DNA of 41,154 nt. It comes from a virus. The stretch covers positions 1-41,154 of the IMG/VR virus record IMGVR_UViG_3300031541_000022; one strand, written 5' to 3'. A program made the translations under genes and the position numbers. Shown here piece after piece: positions 35,479 to 41,154 of the stretch; positions within the stretch are counted from its first letter, which is position 1; each line of letters begins with the position of its first letter. Below the pieces are notes generated by a model. The model was not told the origin of the DNA. It did no database searches and saw only the letters and a program-made list of their open reading frames with translations.

Positions 35479-35726
35479 CACAGGACGATCAAAACAAAAT
35501 TGATCTCCGTCGCATGGCTGAGATGCGCGCCCGTGCATTGGATTTACTTGATGACTTCCGTGAATGGCAGAGCATGGATGCAACCAAGGTGGGTAACCAA
35601 ATCATTATCATTGGGTTGCAGCGCGATATCCTACGCGGCACTGAAGATGAATTGGATCGTCTTATCAGTGAGATGGAAGATCGCAACAACCAATCACTTA
35701 TGAAGAAGATGAGTAAGGGCTGTTAA
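35475..35726 (+). CDS. hypothetical protein
   Basis: ATGA-coupled 83-aa helical ORF. Confidence 0.6.
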   Translation: MTQDDQNKIDLRRMAEMRARALDLLDDFREWQSMDATKVGNQIIIIGLQRDILRGTEDELDRLISEMEDRNNQSLMKKMSKGC

Positions 35727-35732
35727 CTAAGA

Positions 35733-35933
35733 ATGGATGTCGATAAAGTATATGGGAAATATTGCGAGTTTATGTCTTGGAAACGAGATAAATCAGATCT
35801 ATTAGTAGATGATTATCATTTTAAGCGTAAATATCAGAAAATTGAATTAATGTCGGTATCTGAACGTATTAACTATTATTTCTTTCTTGAAGATCAATGT
35901 GAGCGTTATATGCTTGATAAACTAAGTTCTTGA
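35733..35933 (+). CDS. hypothetical protein
   Basis: 66-aa AT-rich ORF in a run of co-oriented genes. Confidence 0.5.
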   Translation: MDVDKVYGKYCEFMSWKRDKSDLLVDDYHFKRKYQKIELMSVSERINYYFFLEDQCERYMLDKLSS

Positions 35934-35980
35934 TTTCACTCCAATGTTGTGTTATAAGTAAAGAACACGCTGGAGATCTC

Positions 35981-36610
35981 ATGACAAGAAAAATAATTGG
36001 AATCTGTGGCTTTATAGGCAGCGGTAAAGGCACAGTAGGCGATATCCTCATTGAGGATTATGGATACACCAAACTAAGTTATGCTGATAGACTTAAAGAT
36101 ACCATTGCAGTGATGTTCGATTGGGACCGTGCAATGATGGAAGGCGACAACCCTCAGAGCCGTAAATGGAGGGAAACACCAGATGAATTTTGGTCAAGTG
36201 AACTGGGATACGAAGTCACACCGCGTCTAGTTATGCAGCGCGTTGGCACTGATTGTATGCGCAGAGGCTTTGATGATCAGGTATGGTGTCTGTTCGTAAA
36301 GAAGACGCTGCTAGACAACTCCACTACAAATTATGTGATACCTGACGTTCGATTTTTTAACGAGCGCCAGCTTGTTCGTGACATGGGAGGTGAGGTTTGG
36401 CGTGTCAAACGAGGCAGGGACCCTGAGTGGGTAACTAAAGCAATCAACGACAATCGTTACGATACAAGTTGGATGGCAAAAGAGCATCCAGATATCCACG
36501 AGAGCGAATGGCGTTGGCTCGACAACAAAGATGAGTTTGATCGTATGATTCCCAATGAGGGCGGATTAGATGCGCTCACCGCAGAAGTTCGTAAGATCAT
36601 AGAGCGTTAA
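35981..36610 (+). CDS. gp1: deoxynucleoside monophosphate kinase
   Basis: IGICGFIGSGKGT, YADRLK, TPR.VMQ..GTD..R, IPDVRF.NE; preceded by TTGATT-N17-TATAAGTA and GGAG. Confidence 0.93.
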   Translation: MTRKIIGICGFIGSGKGTVGDILIEDYGYTKLSYADRLKDTIAVMFDWDRAMMEGDNPQSRKWRETPDEFWSSELGYEVTPRLVMQRVGTDCMRRGFDDQVWCLFVKKTLLDNSTTNYVIPDVRFFNERQLVRDMGGEVWRVKRGRDPEWVTKAINDNRYDTSWMAKEHPDIHESEWRWLDNKDEFDRMIPNEGGLDALTAEVRKIIER

Positions 36611-36654
36611 CCACGTAGTTATTCGCATAACCACCCAAGATAAGTAGCCATCAA

Positions 36655-36661
36655 ATAAATA
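36655..36661 (+). promoter_or_regulatory. late promoter for the sheath gene
   Basis: ATAAATA upstream of AGGAG RBS and ATG at 36698. Confidence 0.75.
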
Positions 36662-36697
36662 CTGTTAGAGCATTTCAGGCTTTGACAGGAGATTATA

Positions 36698-39160
36698 ATG
36701 ACTACACTAGTATCACCAGGCGTAAGCGTCACAGTTGTTGACGAAAGCGCATATGCTAGCCCAGGTGCTGGCACAATTCCTCTCGTCATTGTTGCTACAG
36801 CACAAGATAAAACAGACCCAACAGGTACAGAAACTGATGGTATCGCTCGCTTCACTAAGCAAACGGCTGCAAATCTTGTTGTTCCAGTAACATCACAGCG
36901 AGAGCTAACACAATTCTTCGGAGACCCACTATTTGCTGAAGCAGACGCAGCAGAAACAAGCGAGTACGGTCTTCTAGCAACTTACAGCTACCTAGGTCAA
37001 GGTAGCCAGGCATACGTTGTTCGTGCCGATGTTGACCTTGCAGAACTCGAAGCAACAGACGCAGAGCCAACAGGTCCTGCAAATGGCAACCAGTTCTGGG
37101 TTGACACCGACGGCAGTGCATTTGGCCTCCACACATGGAACGTCAGTGCAAATAGCTGGGTCCTACAGAACGTAACAGTTGAAGTTAACCTAGCAGCGGC
37201 AGCAGGTGAAGTTGCAGATCCAAAATCTTACGCACCAACAACCACAGTACCAGCAGCTGGTAACTGGTTGGTAACAGTTCTAAACGATGGTCCAACTACT
37301 CAAACAGGTGTTGCAGTTGGTTATTTCTACAGTGACGGCGCAGCATGGCAGAGTGTAGACCAAGCAAACGCAGCTAACCTAGCAGCAACCACAGTCACAT
37401 ATGATGCACACTATAACAGCCCTGCAACTCCAGCAGCGGACGACATTTGGGTTAAAACAACCCAGCCAGGTAACGGTCTTAACCTAGTCATTTACCAGTC
37501 AAACAGCCAAGGCGTATTTGGTCTTGTCGAAGTTGAAGGTGTATCAAACGACGGTGGTACAACATACGTTGCACAAGATGGTTCAAGTGCAACTGACATT
37601 GTGTCAGACATGACAGACGGCAATGTTGCTGTTAACTTTACCGCAGCAAACGGCGGCTTTGAATTACAAGAAGTTGACAGCACACCAATGGCAATTGACA
37701 ACATCATCTATGCACAGGACTCAGAGCCAACAGGTACTCCATTACCAGGTCGTCTATGGTATGACTCAACACTAACCAACCTCGAGCTATGGATTAACGC
37801 TTCAAACACATGGGAAAAGATCGACCCAGCAAACGTTACCTACTCAACAGTTGAACCAACTGGCACACCATCAAACGGTGACATTTGGGTTGAGACTGAT
37901 GCGCCAGAGAGCGATTATCCGCGCATTTACCGTTATGCAGCAGGTCAGTGGTTGCTATATGACAACACAGACCAGAGCACAGAGCGTGGTGTAATATTTG
38001 ATGACATTACAGCAGACGTAACAATTACACCAGGTTCAGCGTTTGATTCAAACAGCACTGACTTTGACAGTGCACCTGATCCACAGCTATATCCTGCAGA
38101 CATGCTACTCGTTAACATGGCTCTTAGCCAAGGTACAGTGCGTGTTTGGCAGACAGGTATCCCAATCAACGACGGTGCTAGCACTGTTGATGCATGGGTC
38201 AACGCTGCGGCAAACAACGCGAACGGCAGCGGTGTATTTGGACGCCTAGCACAGCGCAAAGTTATTGCGGTTGCGATGCAGGCGGCAGTTGCAGGCAACG
38301 AAGATCTACGTGATCCAAACCGTAACTTCACATTGCTAGCGGCTCCAAACTTCCCAGAGCTAACAGACGAACTTGTTACACTCAACAGCGACCGTGGCGA
38401 GACAGGCTTTATCCTAATCGATACTCCAATGCGTCTCGACCCAACAGAAGCAGTTGCATGGGTAAACGGAGTTGGTGCAACAGAAAACGGCGAAGAAGGT
38501 CTTGTAACCAAGAACACCTACAGCGCGGTTTACTACCCACCAGCACGTTCAACAACACCAGATGGACGCACAGTAACCGTTCCTTCAACACATGTAACAC
38601 TATACACCTACGCTTACAACGACAACATTTCATACCCATGGTTTGCGCCAGCAGGTTTGACACGTGGTGTTGTACAGAATGGTAGTGCAGTTGGTTACAT
38701 TACTGAAGAGGAAGAGTTTAAAGCAGTTTCACTTAGCCAAGGTCAGCGTGATGCGCTATACCTCAACAAGTGTAACCCAATTGCTAACTTCCCACTCGAA
38801 GGCGTGGTTGTATTTGGTCAGAAATCTCTGCACCCAACAACCAGTGCACTTGACCGTGTTAACGTTGCACGTCTAGTTGCTTACCTACGTGAGCGCTTCG
38901 ACGAGATTGCACGTCCGCTATTGTTCGAACAGAACGACAAGCTAACACGTGACCGTGCAGTGCAGTTGTTTGAAAGCTTCCTAAGCGATTTGCTTACTAA
39001 GCGAGCACTAACTGACTTTGCAGTGGTTTGTGACGAATCCAATAACACACCAATTCGAATCGACAGAAACGAACTATATATTGACGTAGCGATTGCCCCA
39101 ACAAAGGCAGTGGAATTCATTTACATTCCGATCCGTATCGTTAATACTGGTGCACTGTAA
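36698..39160 (+). CDS. gp18: tail sheath protein
   Basis: LVSPGVSV, PWFAPAGLTRG, FGQKSL....SALDRVNVARL, VCDESNNTP..IDRNEL. Confidence 0.97.
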   Translation: MTTLVSPGVSVTVVDESAYASPGAGTIPLVIVATAQDKTDPTGTETDGIARFTKQTAANLVVPVTSQRELTQFFGDPLFAEADAAETSEYGLLATYSYLGQGSQAYVVRADVDLAELEATDAEPTGPANGNQFWVDTDGSAFGLHTWNVSANSWVLQNVTVEVNLAAAAGEVADPKSYAPTTTVPAAGNWLVTVLNDGPTTQTGVAVGYFYSDGAAWQSVDQANAANLAATTVTYDAHYNSPATPAADDIWVKTTQPGNGLNLVIYQSNSQGVFGLVEVEGVSNDGGTTYVAQDGSSATDIVSDMTDGNVAVNFTAANGGFELQEVDSTPMAIDNIIYAQDSEPTGTPLPGRLWYDSTLTNLELWINASNTWEKIDPANVTYSTVEPTGTPSNGDIWVETDAPESDYPRIYRYAAGQWLLYDNTDQSTERGVIFDDITADVTITPGSAFDSNSTDFDSAPDPQLYPADMLLVNMALSQGTVRVWQTGIPINDGASTVDAWVNAAANNANGSGVFGRLAQRKVIAVAMQAAVAGNEDLRDPNRNFTLLAAPNFPELTDELVTLNSDRGETGFILIDTPMRLDPTEAVAWVNGVGATENGEEGLVTKNTYSAVYYPPARSTTPDGRTVTVPSTHVTLYTYAYNDNISYPWFAPAGLTRGVVQNGSAVGYITEEEEFKAVSLSQGQRDALYLNKCNPIANFPLEGVVVFGQKSLHPTTSALDRVNVARLVAYLRERFDEIARPLLFEQNDKLTRDRAVQLFESFLSDLLTKRALTDFAVVCDESNNTPIRIDRNELYIDVAIAPTKAVEFIYIPIRIVNTGAL

Positions 39161-39188
39161 CACGCAAGTAACAAAACAACTAAGTAAA

Positions 39189-39220
39189 GAGGGGCGGTGA
39201 AGATACAAACTCCGCCCCTC
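39189..39220 (+). terminator. GC-rich hairpin after the sheath gene (terminator or leader structure)
   Basis: GAGGGGCGG-N14-CCGCCCCTC; TAAGTA late-like element at 39181-39186 directly upstream. Confidence 0.5.
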
Positions 39221-39243
39221 CATCTATTTGAGGACCAATAAAC

Positions 39244-39696
39244 ATGAACATGAAATTCTGGAAGTTTTGGACGATACTGATATTATGTGCGTTTGCTGTG
39301 GCAACAGGCCAAATTTATTTTGGACTATTTGAATTTATCCTAGCATATGATCAGACTTACCTCACATTCGTCAATATGGGAATACTTGCCTTGACGCACC
39401 TTATGATGCTAAGGCTACACTGGAAGGGAAAATACCTAGACAGTGATCACCGCATGGTACGTTACATGGGTGAAACAACAGTTGCAATTGGACTCACAGG
39501 TACATTGATTGGATTCATGATTGTAATGTGGAGTGTGTTTGGTCCAGGCGTGGTAATTGACACAACAGATGTAGCAGCAATGACAGACATCTTGGTACAG
39601 ATGAGCCAAGGTATGGCCGCTGCACTTATTACATCACTTAGTGGTATTGTGGTGTCAACTATTATTAACTTCCAATTGGTGGTCCTTGAAGAATGA
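39244..39696 (+). CDS. MotA/TolQ/ExbB proton-channel family protein
   Basis: Four hydrophobic segments; IGLTGTLIGF and GMAAALITSLSG channel motifs. Confidence 0.85.
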   Translation: MNMKFWKFWTILILCAFAVATGQIYFGLFEFILAYDQTYLTFVNMGILALTHLMMLRLHWKGKYLDSDHRMVRYMGETTVAIGLTGTLIGFMIVMWSVFGPGVVIDTTDVAAMTDILVQMSQGMAAALITSLSGIVVSTIINFQLVVLEE

Positions 39697-40304
39697 CAAC
39701 AGGAACCTTACGACTAGCCTTTCTGGATATTGTGTTCAACTTGCTGTTGGGCATAACTGTAATGTTCATTGTATCGTTCCTATTAATCAATCCTCCTCAA
39801 GATGGCGGTAAAGTTGACCCGCCAATTAAGTTCATGGTCGAAATGGAATGGAGTCAAGACAGCGAAGTTGACATTGATTTATGGGTAAGAGGTCATGGCG
39901 GCGATTGGACAGGATTCAGCCGCAAAGATGGCAGCTACTTTATTCTTGAACGTGATGACCGTGGAACCCAAAACGATACTATTGAAGTCAACGGCGAGCG
40001 CGTAGTTATTAAACGCAACTATGAAAACATTCGCTTTACTATACTTCCAGCAGGCGAGTATTTTGTCAACGTTCATTACTTTAGTGGCTCAGGTATACCA
40101 GAACTTGTTGAGGTAAAACTCACAATGATTGAGCCGTTCAAGAGCATCTGGTCAGGTGAAGTTTTAGTCAGCCCACGTCAAGAGGAAACCGTTGTTAGTT
40201 TCATAGTTGATGAAGATGGCAAGATAACTGAACTTAGAACTGATATACAACTTCCACATGCAGGGCTAGGCAGTGGAGGACCAGCAGGAGAAGTCCCATG
40301 GTAA
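39693..40304 (+). CDS. ExbD/MotB-like single-TM partner with a YfaP/DUF2135-like periplasmic domain
   Basis: N-terminal TM with conserved Asp (AFLDIVFNLLLG); DIDLWV..LERDD.G..ENI..GEY.VNVHYF. Confidence 0.7.
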   Translation: MTTGTLRLAFLDIVFNLLLGITVMFIVSFLLINPPQDGGKVDPPIKFMVEMEWSQDSEVDIDLWVRGHGGDWTGFSRKDGSYFILERDDRGTQNDTIEVNGERVVIKRNYENIRFTILPAGEYFVNVHYFSGSGIPELVEVKLTMIEPFKSIWSGEVLVSPRQEETVVSFIVDEDGKITELRTDIQLPHAGLGSGGPAGEVPW

Positions 40305-40768
40305 TTTTACTAGTGTTCACTATATTTTTTACGATACTACTGGCGTTCATGATTTACACATCAGACGCTCACTGGACTATCAAAGCACTTGCCCTAGCAG
40401 TCTTTTTGGTGTTTGATGTTATTGCATTTGAAAATTACAGAGAGATGTTAGGCGCCCCTATACAAGCTCGCCCAGATGGTGAATTTGCATACGTTTGGCA
40501 TACTATCACAGAAGAACCTGAGATCGTTGTCTGGCTATTTGATCGTGAACGAGGTTATCGTCTATACCAATATGAGTATACTAGGGATGACGCGGAAGAG
40601 CTAGAGAAAATGCGCCAACGTGCCGCTGAAGGCAACGGTGATCAGCAGTTTCTCAGATACAGCGATCCTGCAGGCGAGGGCCTGCAGGAATACGAAGGCT
40701 GGATACACAAGAACCAAAATCGTCTCAAGCCACCCGATCAGGATGGCTTAAACTTTGGTGGTCCTTAA
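40298..40768 (+). CDS. two-TM membrane protein, third gene of the operon
   Basis: Two N-terminal hydrophobic helices; overlapping start with AGGAG. Confidence 0.7.
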   Translation: MVILLVFTIFFTILLAFMIYTSDAHWTIKALALAVFLVFDVIAFENYREMLGAPIQARPDGEFAYVWHTITEEPEIVVWLFDRERGYRLYQYEYTRDDAEELEKMRQRAAEGNGDQQFLRYSDPAGEGLQEYEGWIHKNQNRLKPPDQDGLNFGGP

Positions 40769-40769
40769 T

Positions 40770-40856
40770 TTAAAACATTACAGGGCCAAACGTGTTGACG
40801 AATTGGGTTAGCTGAAGCGTCAGCATGATCACGGCGTTTTCAAAAGTTGCAGTCAT
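40770..40856 (-). CDS. 28-aa hydrophobic peptide
   Basis: MTATFENAVIMLTLQLTQFVNTFGPVMF; AAGGAG RBS; dedicated promoter. Confidence 0.6.
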   Translation of the reverse strand: MTATFENAVIMLTLQLTQFVNTFGPVMF

Positions 40857-40881
40857 AGCTTTTCTCCTTTTTTACATCACC

Positions 40882-40910
40882 ACAATAAAGCAAAGCGCCT
40901 TACCTGTCAA
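40882..40910 (-). promoter_or_regulatory. sigma70-type early promoter
   Basis: TTGACA-N17-TATTGT on the minus strand. Confidence 0.7.
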
Positions 40911-40929
40911 GGAAAAAAATGGGTATCGG

Positions 40930-40936
40930 ATAAATA
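40930..40936 (+). promoter_or_regulatory. late promoter for the tail tube gene
   Basis: ATAAATA upstream of GAGGAG RBS and ATG at 40971. Confidence 0.75.
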
Positions 40937-40970
40937 CTCTTAGCAGAGCGCATTATGAGGAGATAGACGA

Positions 40971-41154
40971 ATGGCAGTTCTTGATAAGCTAAGTGTCCCA
41001 GTCAATGGTGAAAGCCAGGGTACATTGATGCCTAAACTACAATACCGCTTCCGCGTTAACTTCATCAACATGGGTGCAGGCGACACAAAAGTTGCAACAA
41101 ACAACGTTGTCAGCGTCACTCGTCCAAACCTTACACATGATGAAGTTCTTGTGG
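40971..41154 (+). CDS. gp19: tail tube protein (5' part, runs off the window)
   Basis: MAVLDKLSVPVNGESQGTLMPKLQYRFRVNF...V.RPNL; downstream of sheath. Confidence 0.85.
   Translation, partial: MAVLDKLSVPVNGESQGTLMPKLQYRFRVNFINMGAGDTKVATNNVVSVTRPNLTHDEVLV

Noticed and set aside
1-41154. Stop-codon reassignment, inteins, tRNAs, CRISPR arrays
   Set aside because: Core genes are full length in the standard code, with TAA, TGA and TAG (gp55) all used as stops. I saw no intein-sized insertions with splice motifs, cloverleafs or repeat-spacer arrays by eye.

Overview
This window is the virion-morphogenesis core of a large T4-related (jumbo-type) myovirus, read in the standard genetic code. In order: a leftward baseplate block (lysozyme-like protein, gp5-like spike with a C-terminal M15 peptidase, hub, gp53-like, tube-initiator-like); gp55 late sigma, gp47 and gp46; a truncated resolvase; a GIY-YIG endonuclease followed by about 600 bp of densely structured non-coding DNA; gp51/gp26-like chaperones; tape measure; portal; scaffolds; protease; major capsid; a fibre cluster; NUDIX; gp15/gp14/gp13 interleaved with AT-rich free-standing endonucleases; small early genes; dNMP kinase; sheath; a MotA/ExbB-ExbD-like membrane operon; and the start of the tail tube. 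T4-like late promoters (ATAAATA) and sigma70 promoters are readable throughout. The best candidate for an undescribed system is 10622-12141: an endonuclease, a roughly 435-nt plus-strand RNA with three predicted pseudoknots, and strand-specific GAA-triloop DNA hairpins (candidate RNA-primed origin or nuclease-RNA complex). Also notable: a predicted -1 frameshift fusing the gp26-like and gp51-like genes, leaderless late expression of four endonucleases, nuclease/Mom-like fusions, an ArfA-like peptide below the ORF cutoff, and a phage proton-channel-like operon. All calls come from motif recognition and hand base-pairing; no searches or folding programs were run.
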